Assembly (NCBI GenBank): GCA_043732185.1
Contig: JAYTHY010000050.1
Span: 1 to 64,000, forward strand
DNA from: Fibrobacteria bacterium
GTDB lineage: Bacteria; Fibrobacterota; Fibrobacteria; UBA11236
Direction: 5' to 3'
DNA: 64,000 nt
Shown: positions 10,066-18,875 of the stretch, one piece after another
Position numbering within the stretch: position 1 is the stretch's first letter
Layout of the letters: each line of letters starts with the position of its first letter
Translations under genes and position numbers: made by a program
The notes under the pieces: model-generated
Seen by the model: the letters and a program-made list of their open reading frames with translations, nothing else
Database searches by the model: none
Told to the model about the DNA's origin: nothing

Positions 10066-10428
10066 TTACCGGCTGGCTTCGAGTAATTTGTTTTTTTCTT
10101 TATCGTCCCCGTTGATCTCACGGAGCACGACCTTCATTTCAAATTCTTCCCGGTCTACATTTTGCATGAAAAAAGGATCTCGGGAAAAGTCCCGGTTGAT
10201 AATCGAGCCTTTAATATCCTCGTCTCCGGAAGCACCGGGCATCAAAATATAAATGGCTGGAAGTTCGGTTTTTCCAAAGATCTCGATATTGGTCAACAAG
10301 TGATCTTTTTTCTTTGCTTCAGCATCCTCAGCGCGGGCATTTGTCCCTTCAAAAACCAGGAGCCCTACGAAAATAAAAGCAGCTGAAATCCTGGCGTGCA
10401 CGGGAACCTCCGGTAAAGCGGTGCTCAT
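10066..10428 (-). CDS. Small exported hypothetical protein (possibly GltF/CglF-like)
   Basis: Signal-like N-terminus ending ARA; IEIFGKTELPAIYIL and VDREEF motifs. Confidence 0.55.
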   Translation of the reverse strand: MSTALPEVPVHARISAAFIFVGLLVFEGTNARAEDAEAKKKDHLLTNIEIFGKTELPAIYILMPGASGDEDIKGSIINRDFSRDPFFMQNVDREEFEMKVVLREINGDDKEKNKLLEASR

Positions 10429-10469
10429 ACTATAAGTTGAGGACCAGGTATTGTCAATTGGTATCCTGC

Positions 10470-11471
10470 CTATGCCCAACGCAGCGAAGGTTGAACTTCA
10501 ATATTGCCGGTTAAAAGGCCGTTATTGGCGCGCCATTGTGCGATTGCAGCTATCATTGCGCCATTGTCGCCACAATAAGATTGAGCAGGGAAAATCGCAC
10601 GGAAACCGCGTTTCTTTGCTTCTATCTGCATTCTTTCCCGCAAATAAACATTCGCGCTAACCCCGCCTACCACCGCCAATGTTTCCAATTGCGTGGCAAA
10701 AAGTGCTTGCATGGTTTTCTTGACCAATACATCAACGATAGCGCCTTCAATGGATGCACAAATATCGATGAGATTACTTTGCAAAAATTCTGGGGTTTGC
10801 GTTTCCGTATAGCGCAAAACGGCGGTTTTTAACCCACTAAAGGAAAATTCGAAATTATCCCGCTGGTCCAGGGCCTTGGGCAAAGTGACGAAATTGCGTT
10901 TTCCAGTGGCCGCCAAGCGAGCCAATTGAGGTCCGGCTGGATATCCGAGGCCCAGGATTTTACCGCTTTTATCAAAGGCTTCACCTGCAGCGTCATCGCG
11001 GGTTTTTCCAATGAGCGTGTACTTGAGACCCTCATCCACGCGACAAAATTCCGTATGGCCGCCGGAAACGACCAAGCACAGAAACGGCGGTTTTAGACTG
11101 GGCTCCTCCAGAAAAATGGAAGCTAAATGCCCTTCCAAATGGTTCACGCCTTCTACCGGTTTGGATAAATAGCGGCCTAGAGCGCGGGCAAAAGAAGCAC
11201 CAACGAGTAAGGGACCCAATAGCCCTGGACCCCGGGTAAAGGCAATTTGATCCACGGAATCCAGTGTCAAGGAGGCATCTGCCAAGGCCAGCCGGACAAT
11301 AGGATCGATTTTTTCTAAATGGGCCCTGGCGGCAATTTCAGGAACTACCCCCCCGTATTCGGCATGAATGGGGATTTGGCTGTAGACTTGATTGGCTAAA
11401 ACCCGCATTTCGTCATCCACGAGTCCGCAGGAGGTTTCGTCGCAGGAAGTTTCAATGCCCAAGGTTATCAT
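10470..11471 (-). CDS. tsaD: tRNA N6-adenosine threonylcarbamoyltransferase
   Basis: GIETSCDET, GGVVPEIAARAH, HLEGH, SGGHT, DDAAGEAFDK, DNGAMI. Confidence 0.97.
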   Translation of the reverse strand: MITLGIETSCDETSCGLVDDEMRVLANQVYSQIPIHAEYGGVVPEIAARAHLEKIDPIVRLALADASLTLDSVDQIAFTRGPGLLGPLLVGASFARALGRYLSKPVEGVNHLEGHLASIFLEEPSLKPPFLCLVVSGGHTEFCRVDEGLKYTLIGKTRDDAAGEAFDKSGKILGLGYPAGPQLARLAATGKRNFVTLPKALDQRDNFEFSFSGLKTAVLRYTETQTPEFLQSNLIDICASIEGAIVDVLVKKTMQALFATQLETLAVVGGVSANVYLRERMQIEAKKRGFRAIFPAQSYCGDNGAMIAAIAQWRANNGLLTGNIEVQPSLRWA

Positions 11472-11541
11472 TTAATCAAATTAACATATCCCATGAACGA
11501 GCCCAATCTTCTCCTTCACAAATCGCCTGAATTGATGGAAA

Positions 11542-13449
11542 ATGAATTACGTGAATATGACTACAGCAAATATCAGCAAACAAGACCTGCTTAAAACTTT
11601 TTTACCGCTGGCCGATAGTGGTAAGACATTTCTGGAAATCCTACTGGTAAATCCTAAATCCATGAAAGTGGAGGGGCGTGGATTTTTCAACGATGTAGAT
11701 TTTCTCATGGACACATGTAAACCACTGTTAGGTAGGTTTAATTTTTGTCTCAGCAATTTCGGATACCCACATGACAAGGTTCCAAGCCGCGGCGCCTTGA
11801 ACCAATTCGATCGAACTTTGTTGGACTCCTCCCTGCAGGATCAGGCCAAAGTGCATTCCTTGTCTATAGCCATGTTGTTCAAGCCGGAACTGATCCGCGA
11901 AATGACTGAGCAAGGTGTGAGCCTGGACCAGTTTTTGAATATCAAATATCAAATCGATTCGATTTTCAGCCGTTTGAATATCAGCAACTACGGGCTGGAT
12001 TATTTCCTTTCCGGAGTCGTCCTCCGCTTTCAACCGGCCGAAGCTTTGCAGCAACGACCTTTGAACAAGGCTGCACTGATTTTGGTGGCCAAACATTTGA
12101 TTGGGTTGGTCGAAAAGAAAATGAACGGGCAGGAAGTGAAACGCTTTTCCTTGACCTCTTCTGTATTGGGAAAAGTATTGGACCCTATGCCGGGTCTACC
12201 TGGCATTTTCGCAGGTGAAGCCTCGGGAAGCATGACCGTCCTATCCTCCGGCTCTTTGGAACAGGGGGAGAACGCCATTTTCCAGTCGATATTAGAAGAT
12301 GTTTTCGAGCCAAAAGGCAAGCCTGGTAAAGAAGGGCACACGGCTCCCAATACCACTGGACTCAGCCAAAACTGGCAGGAGACGGAAGAGGTCCAGTTTG
12401 AAACGAGGCCCGTTCACGACCTTGAACCGGATCACGAAACACATTCGTCCCGAGCTAAGGAAAGATATTCCGACCCCAAGGAACAACTTAATTCCAAAGA
12501 GTTGATGACCTTTTTTAATACTCGATCCCAAACTCCATGGCATTGGCCGCTTTATTCCAGCCTCTTCAACCGTATTTATGGGGGATTGGCTTGTGGCGAA
12601 TTGCTCCTTTTGCAAAGCGACCCATTTGCCGCCGAACTCGCTTACCATTTTTTAATTCAAGGCGCGGAAGATTTCTGTAAGGAAGGCAAAGGCCAGTTTC
12701 TGATTTTTTCGAAAAAGCGATCCCTGGGAGAGCTGGCCCTCTCTTCCCTTTCTCGCCATTATAAAACCAACCCCCTTACATCCACGGCTCCGTCCAAACC
12801 AGACAACGCAACTTTAGCCAAAACCTATGCGGCTCTCTTTCCAAACGCTCCGCAAATGCCTGTCTGTAACCGTGGCGATGGGTTGGAACAACTCTTAAAG
12901 TATTTGGAACATGATTATCTTTTGAAACAGAAGAAAAAAGGCGGTCAATTGGCGCCGTTGATCATCGTTGTGGACAACCTCAGCGAATTCAGCCAAGGCA
13001 ACCCTGACGAAGACTTCCGTCGCCTCTCAGCCATGAAACTGCGTTTGGCTGAATTCAACAGTTCCTTGTGGGTTACCCAAATGCGGCCCGCAGATCCTCT
13101 GGCTCAGCAACCCTTGCTGGCCTTAGCCAATTACCTCATCACCGTGGACCACAATGGCGCGCAAGAGGGCAGCGCTCCGAGTAAGCTTGGACAACCTTCC
13201 AAGCCTTCTGATTGGGAGGCCGGATTCCACGCCGAATTCACAGCAGAAATGCTCATTAAGGAATTCTCCTTGTTGAAGATCCGCTTTCAATCCCATGGTT
13301 CACACCGTAATTTCCAAAGCCACTATGCCTACCACCGTCCGTCCTATTTGTTCCATGAGATCAATCCTGCCCCTGCCTCCGGGCAGAATGCATCCGTAAC
13401 TGTAACGAGCGCATCCCCGCCGCAAACCCGTACGCCCGCCCAGTCCTAA
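11542..13449 (+). CDS. Hypothetical protein with degenerate DnaB/RecA-fold C-terminal domain
   Basis: 635-aa ORF; GGLACGELLLL, LIFS, IIVVDNL follow DnaB motif order but no Walker A GKT. Confidence 0.7.
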   Translation: MNYVNMTTANISKQDLLKTFLPLADSGKTFLEILLVNPKSMKVEGRGFFNDVDFLMDTCKPLLGRFNFCLSNFGYPHDKVPSRGALNQFDRTLLDSSLQDQAKVHSLSIAMLFKPELIREMTEQGVSLDQFLNIKYQIDSIFSRLNISNYGLDYFLSGVVLRFQPAEALQQRPLNKAALILVAKHLIGLVEKKMNGQEVKRFSLTSSVLGKVLDPMPGLPGIFAGEASGSMTVLSSGSLEQGENAIFQSILEDVFEPKGKPGKEGHTAPNTTGLSQNWQETEEVQFETRPVHDLEPDHETHSSRAKERYSDPKEQLNSKELMTFFNTRSQTPWHWPLYSSLFNRIYGGLACGELLLLQSDPFAAELAYHFLIQGAEDFCKEGKGQFLIFSKKRSLGELALSSLSRHYKTNPLTSTAPSKPDNATLAKTYAALFPNAPQMPVCNRGDGLEQLLKYLEHDYLLKQKKKGGQLAPLIIVVDNLSEFSQGNPDEDFRRLSAMKLRLAEFNSSLWVTQMRPADPLAQQPLLALANYLITVDHNGAQEGSAPSKLGQPSKPSDWEAGFHAEFTAEMLIKEFSLLKIRFQSHGSHRNFQSHYAYHRPSYLFHEINPAPASGQNASVTVTSASPPQTRTPAQS

Positions 13450-13512
13450 GCGCCTTTTCCGCGGTCCCTTCCAAGCAGCTTGGGCCTTGTTACTATCTTT
13501 TAGGGGCGAGGA

Positions 13513-14394
13513 TTGATGAAAAACCAGCTCGGCTATCTGTTCATCGAAGCCTTTCGCGGATTCCGCTCCGATAAGTTTCTATCCGTAACCTCCGTGATAA
13601 CCATCGGCATTTGTACTTCCGTAGTGGCGGGATTGGTACTGACTTTTTATCTCGTCTGGTCCTTGGGTGGGGGCGGCACATCCGACAGTGTGGTCCGTGT
13701 TTTTCCTGGATCCAAATTTGAATCGCAGGAAGCCCTGGACGCCTTGGAAGCCAAGCTCCACCGTTTGCCGGGATTGGACTCCATAGTTTTTGTGAGCAAA
13801 GACGACGCCCTGGAAGAATTCAAACGGGATTTTGGGGATGAAATGGTCCGTTCCTTGGACTGGAATCCGCTACCGCATTCCTTTTTGCTTTACTCGGCCA
13901 ATGGATACCGGACGGCTTCCCAGAACCGGTTGCTCCTCGATCGCATTAAACTATTGGAAGAAGTGGAAGAGGCCAGTGCCAATTCACTTTACCTGGACTG
14001 GCTGGAAAAATGGCGTTTGCCGGTGGAAATGGGTTCAACCTTGCTGATATTGCTGGTAGGGGGAGCACTCTCACTTATCATTCATAATTCCGTGAAGCTC
14101 AATCTCTATTCGCGCCGCATTCTGGTTGAGAATATGAAATACTGTGGGGCGGGAGAGTTTTTCATCCTGGCTCCATTCTTAATGGAAGGGCTACTACTGG
14201 GAATTTCCGGTAGTTTGATCGGCGTCACCACCTTGGCCTTTTTGCTTTGGCTAGCAAGGTTCATCTCGCCTACTATTCCCGCGTTAGTACCGTTTTGGAC
14301 GTGTGCGACGATTTTGCTGGCATCCACGGCCGGTATTGCCGCCATCGCCAGTTTACGAACCGTGCAGTCTTTCCTCCGGGGTTCGACACATTGA
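13513..14394 (+). CDS. ftsX: Cell-division permease FtsX
   Basis: FVSKDDALEEF, NPLPHSF, IHNSVKL, MKYCGA..FILAPFLMEG; 4-TM layout. Confidence 0.92.
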   Translation: MMKNQLGYLFIEAFRGFRSDKFLSVTSVITIGICTSVVAGLVLTFYLVWSLGGGGTSDSVVRVFPGSKFESQEALDALEAKLHRLPGLDSIVFVSKDDALEEFKRDFGDEMVRSLDWNPLPHSFLLYSANGYRTASQNRLLLDRIKLLEEVEEASANSLYLDWLEKWRLPVEMGSTLLILLVGGALSLIIHNSVKLNLYSRRILVENMKYCGAGEFFILAPFLMEGLLLGISGSLIGVTTLAFLLWLARFISPTIPALVPFWTCATILLASTAGIAAIASLRTVQSFLRGSTH

Positions 14395-15566
14395 TTCCAT
14401 TTCTGTCCCGCGCCATACTGAGCCTGGGAATGCTTGTACTTTGGCGTGGTGGGGCTTTAGCAGCGGACCGGAATAACTTCGATCGTGAAATAGCCAGGCA
14501 GCGCGGGGAACTGGAAGAATTGCGCTCTCGTTTGCTGAAAGAACAACGGGAGCTGGAAACCCTAAAAGAAAAAAAGGAAAGTACGCTGGGCCGATTGGAT
14601 AAAATTTCCGCCAACATACAACATGCCGAGCAATATCTATCCGAACTGGATGCCACAGAAGAAACCTTGGGTCGTTCCCTATCCAAGGTCAAACACGATC
14701 TCGAAAAAGTGGAAGGTCGCATCCAGGAGCGCAACGGCATCATATCCCGAAGAGTGCGCACACTTTTTATCACTGGAGGTCCAGACCGGTTGGTGCTATC
14801 TGGCTGGCAATCCGGGCAAGGGGATTTCTTACGCAAAGTGTTTTTCATGAAACGTGTGATCCGCTATGACAAATCCCTGGTCAAAGCCAGCCGCGAAGAT
14901 ATGGCGTTAAAAGGAAAAACTGTCGCCAAATTAGACAACCGCATGGCTGAACTCACCACCTTCCGCACCCACAAATCTCATGAACGCGAAACCTTCAGTC
15001 GTGCCAAAGCCGAACAAGAGAAAAGCCTATCCGCACTGCAAAATGACGAAGCGGCCAAACGAGAAGCGTTGAAAGAAATGGAGGAAAACGCCACCCTGAT
15101 CACCGAGATTATCGCAGCCTTAGAAAAACGTCGCCTGCAGGAAATCGCCCGGCATAAAAAAGCCGCGGAATTGGAGACGGGATCCAAATACTGTCTGCCG
15201 GTGGAAGGAGAGGTGATTTCAAAATATGGGCTTCAATACCATGCGACCCTTAAAACCACTACGAAAAATCTCGGCATTGAAATCCGTGGAAAGTTCGGAA
15301 GTTCCGTGCGCGCTGCGGTTAGTGGCGAGGTGGCCATGGTCACTCGCCTTCCCGGTTACGGCATGGGTGTCATCCTGGATAATGGCTCTGGATTCTTTAC
15401 CATATACGCCAATCTGGCCGGGATAAAGGTTCGGCCGGGGGATAAGGTCAAAACCTGCCAAGATATCGCCACTGTTTCCGTAGAAACTGAGCGGGTGTAT
15501 TTTGAGGTTCGCAAGGGCACTCGCACTTTGGACCCAGTGGATTGGCTGCGATCCTCAGGGAAGTGA
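14391..15566 (+). CDS. envC: EnvC-like murein hydrolase activator (coiled coil plus degenerate M23)
   Basis: Probable TTG start overlapping ftsX stop; long coiled coil; LytM fold lacking Zn-ligand His (NLGIEI, YANL, VYFEVR). Confidence 0.85.
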   Translation: MIPFLSRAILSLGMLVLWRGGALAADRNNFDREIARQRGELEELRSRLLKEQRELETLKEKKESTLGRLDKISANIQHAEQYLSELDATEETLGRSLSKVKHDLEKVEGRIQERNGIISRRVRTLFITGGPDRLVLSGWQSGQGDFLRKVFFMKRVIRYDKSLVKASREDMALKGKTVAKLDNRMAELTTFRTHKSHERETFSRAKAEQEKSLSALQNDEAAKREALKEMEENATLITEIIAALEKRRLQEIARHKKAAELETGSKYCLPVEGEVISKYGLQYHATLKTTTKNLGIEIRGKFGSSVRAAVSGEVAMVTRLPGYGMGVILDNGSGFFTIYANLAGIKVRPGDKVKTCQDIATVSVETERVYFEVRKGTRTLDPVDWLRSSGK

Positions 15567-15610
15567 CCGGCTTCACCTGAATGGGTTTACCGGTTTACTA
15601 ATTTGGTTCG

Positions 15611-16726
15611 ATGATTCATTTTAGCCGCACCCTGGGATTGGACGAAGCCAAAACGTCCCTGGCCCACGCCCTGACCACCAATACCTTCCCGCATGCGTTA
15701 CTCGTGCACGGACCGGAAGGGGTAGGCCAAAACGCACTGCTGTTGGACCTTGTCGACTTATTGATTTGCGAAGCTGAAGAGACACGTCCCTGCGGCCGAT
15801 GTGCCGGATGCCTGGGTCGCAAGCGCAACAACTTGGATAACATCATTTTTATCATGCCATTGGAAAAAAAAGAAAAGGCTTCCTCGGAAGGAGAAATAGA
15901 AGGCAATCAGGTTGAGGAATTGACCCAGAAAGCTAAAGAATTCCACGCCGACCCATATGGATTCGTTCGCACGGAAAAAAGCCGCATCAACATTGCCCAA
16001 ATACGCGACCTGAAATCCCGCTTGGCCTTTGCGGAAGTTTCCGGTCGTCCACGTATTGTTGTCCTCTTATGGGCCGAGACCATGCCGCAAGAGGCCGCCA
16101 ATGCGTTGCTGAAAACCCTGGAAGAGCCGCCCGCCAACACCTTCTTTCTTCTCTCGTGCGAAGACCGATCCTCGTTGTTGCCCACCATTGTTTCTCGCTG
16201 CACTCAAATTGCCCTCTTGCCTTTTGAACCTGGACCTTTCGCGGCTCTTTGTACCGCGCATGGAAAGGCCTTAGGCCTCGACACCGCAGCCACTCGCCTA
16301 TTGCCTTTTGCGGATGGATCAATGGGAATATTGCTTAATCTACACCGTAACGGTGGCGATACCCTACTGGAAGAAGCGCGACTTTTCCTCGAGGCGGCCT
16401 TGGGCGGTGATTGGCGGAATTTTGCCGATTATCTGGAAAGTTCCGATGCCTTTGCCGATTTGGAGACATCGGCAAGCTTGCTGCATTTTCTCCTCCGCTT
16501 GTTACGCTTGTACCACCGTTTAAAAACCGAGGAAAACCAAGGAATCGATCCCGAATTGGCCCACTGCTTCATTCCTTTAGCGACAGGTCCCAGCCTGGAT
16601 GCCTTGGCCCAACTTGTGGAAGAAATCCTGGCAGCCGTCCAGTCCTATGCCAAACCTAAGGTAGCGGCCCTGGGACTCTTTCTCGACTTCGAAGCGAAAT
16701 ATGCCCGTAAAGAAACGCCAGCATGA
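15611..16726 (+). CDS. holB: DNA polymerase III delta-prime subunit
   Basis: HALLVHGPEG, C..PCGRCAGC Zn module, AANALLKTLEEPP, LLPTIVSRC. Confidence 0.92.
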   Translation: MIHFSRTLGLDEAKTSLAHALTTNTFPHALLVHGPEGVGQNALLLDLVDLLICEAEETRPCGRCAGCLGRKRNNLDNIIFIMPLEKKEKASSEGEIEGNQVEELTQKAKEFHADPYGFVRTEKSRINIAQIRDLKSRLAFAEVSGRPRIVVLLWAETMPQEAANALLKTLEEPPANTFFLLSCEDRSSLLPTIVSRCTQIALLPFEPGPFAALCTAHGKALGLDTAATRLLPFADGSMGILLNLHRNGGDTLLEEARLFLEAALGGDWRNFADYLESSDAFADLETSASLLHFLLRLLRLYHRLKTEENQGIDPELAHCFIPLATGPSLDALAQLVEEILAAVQSYAKPKVAALGLFLDFEAKYARKETPA

Positions 16727-18447
16727 TAAAGCCCCCGACGACGCTGCCCATCATCGTCAAACCCGAAATCTCCCTTCATCCCAAACGATTGGACTTGGCC
16801 GCCGCCATCAACGGTCCTCAATTTGTAGCCGATTTGCTTTTGTCAAGAGGCATTGAGGAAAAGGAACTGGCCCGCGATTTTTTTCTGGCCCCGCTCGGCA
16901 ATTCCCAAGCCGAACCGGACCCCATCCCTATGCTGGGCATGGAAAAAGCCATAGACATTCTGCTTGAAGCTTTGCTTCGAAGCGAAAAAATAATCGTGCA
17001 TGGAGATTACGATGTCGACGGGGTAACTGCTACGGCACTGCTCTACCTGGGATTAAAAGCATCCGGATTTGAGGTGGACTGGTTCATCCCCAACCGTTTT
17101 GAAGAAGGCTATGGCATTTCTTTCGCAAGCGTAGCCAAGATTCATGCACGTGGGGCCCGCTGGATGATCTCCGTGGACACGGGGATTTCCGCGAATGCCG
17201 AAGTCGCACGCGCCAAGGAATTGGGCCTTGGAGTCATTCTGACCGATCACCATCAAGCCTCGGGTGAATTGCCCCCGGCTGATACCATCATAAATCCCAA
17301 TCAACCAGGTTGTCCCTATCCCAATAAGGGGCTCTCAGGGGTTGGCGTAGCTTACAAGTTACTGAACGCCTTGTCCCTGCGCATCAAAAATGAAACAGCC
17401 GAAAAATATCTGGATTTAGTCGCCCTCGGAAGCCTAGCTGATAATGTTCCCCTGCTGGGTGAAAACCGCAGGTTGGTGAAAGCGGGTCTAAAGCAACTCG
17501 CGTCGACGCCCAGTCTCGGCGTGCGTGCTCTTTTAGAAAGGGCTGGTCTGGAAAGAGGCCAAGTCACTTCTGGAGAGCTGCTGTTCAAAGTCACTCCAAT
17601 GCTCAATGCCATGGGCCGCATGGGCAGTCCAGAAATCAGCCTCCGATTGCTCCTGGCTGAAAGCGAAGGCGAGGCCACTCGCTGCTTGGATTTGATGGAG
17701 ACGGAAAACAAAAAACGACGAAAACTGGATCAGGCCATTACCGTCGAGGCTGTAAGCATGGTAGAGAACGATCCCAGCCTGCAGGCTTCCGGGTGCTTGG
17801 TCGTGGCGTCAGAAAATTGGCACGAGGGTGTCATTGGCATTGTTGCGGCGCGCATGGTGGAACGGTACCTGCGACCGTCATTTGTACTGGCCATCGATGC
17901 CAAAACGGGTTTGGCCAAAGGCAGCGGCCGCACCATTCCGGGTTTCAATCTGCACAAAGCTTTGGGAACGGCACAGTCTCTTTTGGAAAAATGGGGCGGG
18001 CACTACTATGCATGCGGCTTGACCCTAAAAACTGAAAATATCGATGGCCTACGCAACCTCATGAACGCCGCTGCGGCCGAGCATCTGGCCGAAAAAGATT
18101 TTACCCCCCGTATCTCGCCAGTGGTGGAAATCGCTTTAGCCGGTTTGAATGAGGAGTGTATGGCGTGGCTGCGACGCTTTGAACCTTTCGGACCTTTAAA
18201 CGAAAGCCCATTATTCTATTCGGAAAATGTGGATCTCATGGCTATACCCCGTGTGGTAGGGGAAAAGCATTTGAAACTTTCTCTCGGTCAATCAGGCATA
18301 CAATTTGATGCCATCGGTTTCAATCTTGGGTATCTAATGGATTACGTTTTGGATAGATCCAGGTTGTCCAAGCTGGCATATTATCCAGAATGGAACACCT
18401 TTCGTGGTGTTCGAAAAATTCAACTCAGAGTCGTCGCGCTGGAATGA
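16723..18447 (+). CDS. recJ: ssDNA exonuclease RecJ
   Basis: GDYDVDG, TDHH, HEGVIGIVA, KGSGR, GGH, EPFG. Confidence 0.96.
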   Translation: MIKPPTTLPIIVKPEISLHPKRLDLAAAINGPQFVADLLLSRGIEEKELARDFFLAPLGNSQAEPDPIPMLGMEKAIDILLEALLRSEKIIVHGDYDVDGVTATALLYLGLKASGFEVDWFIPNRFEEGYGISFASVAKIHARGARWMISVDTGISANAEVARAKELGLGVILTDHHQASGELPPADTIINPNQPGCPYPNKGLSGVGVAYKLLNALSLRIKNETAEKYLDLVALGSLADNVPLLGENRRLVKAGLKQLASTPSLGVRALLERAGLERGQVTSGELLFKVTPMLNAMGRMGSPEISLRLLLAESEGEATRCLDLMETENKKRRKLDQAITVEAVSMVENDPSLQASGCLVVASENWHEGVIGIVAARMVERYLRPSFVLAIDAKTGLAKGSGRTIPGFNLHKALGTAQSLLEKWGGHYYACGLTLKTENIDGLRNLMNAAAAEHLAEKDFTPRISPVVEIALAGLNEECMAWLRRFEPFGPLNESPLFYSENVDLMAIPRVVGEKHLKLSLGQSGIQFDAIGFNLGYLMDYVLDRSRLSKLAYYPEWNTFRGVRKIQLRVVALE

Positions 18448-18802
18448 TTTCCGGCTTCCCCACTTTTTCTAAATCGGAACTGCTGCGTAATTTGCGGTAC
18501 GACTCGCCCCATTTACTCAGGTGATCGAGCAATGGTTTAAGGGACGCGCCCGTTTCCGATAGACTGTATTCGACTTTGGGTGGAACAACGGGATACACCT
18601 TGCGGGTAACCAGCCCATTTTCTTCCAAATCACGCAGCTCCTGGGTCAGCATTTTCTGACTGATTCCATTGATCATCCGCTGCAATTCACCAAAACGCTT
18701 AACCCCACCCTCTTTCAAATTCCAAAGAATGACAACCTTCCACTTTCCACTGATAATCGAAAGGGCAGTGGTAACGGGACTTGGTTGGGTTGTTTTTTTC
18801 AT
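18425..18802 (-). CDS. HxlR-family transcriptional regulator
   Basis: GKWK, RFGEL, ISQKMLTQELRDLE, PPKVEYSL. Confidence 0.93.
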   Translation of the reverse strand: MKKTTQPSPVTTALSIISGKWKVVILWNLKEGGVKRFGELQRMINGISQKMLTQELRDLEENGLVTRKVYPVVPPKVEYSLSETGASLKPLLDHLSKWGESYRKLRSSSDLEKVGKPEIIPARRL

Positions 18803-18875
18803 GGTTAACTCACAAAAATATAGTTACTGTAAGATCCAATCCCCCTAGGTTGTCATAAATCCAATAACCGAGGAA

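Noticed and set aside
14391..15566. M23 domain without zinc ligands
   Set aside because: Expected for EnvC-type activators
15611..16726. Walker A lacking Lys (GVGQN) in HolB
   Set aside because: Delta-prime is normally a non-catalytic clamp-loader subunit
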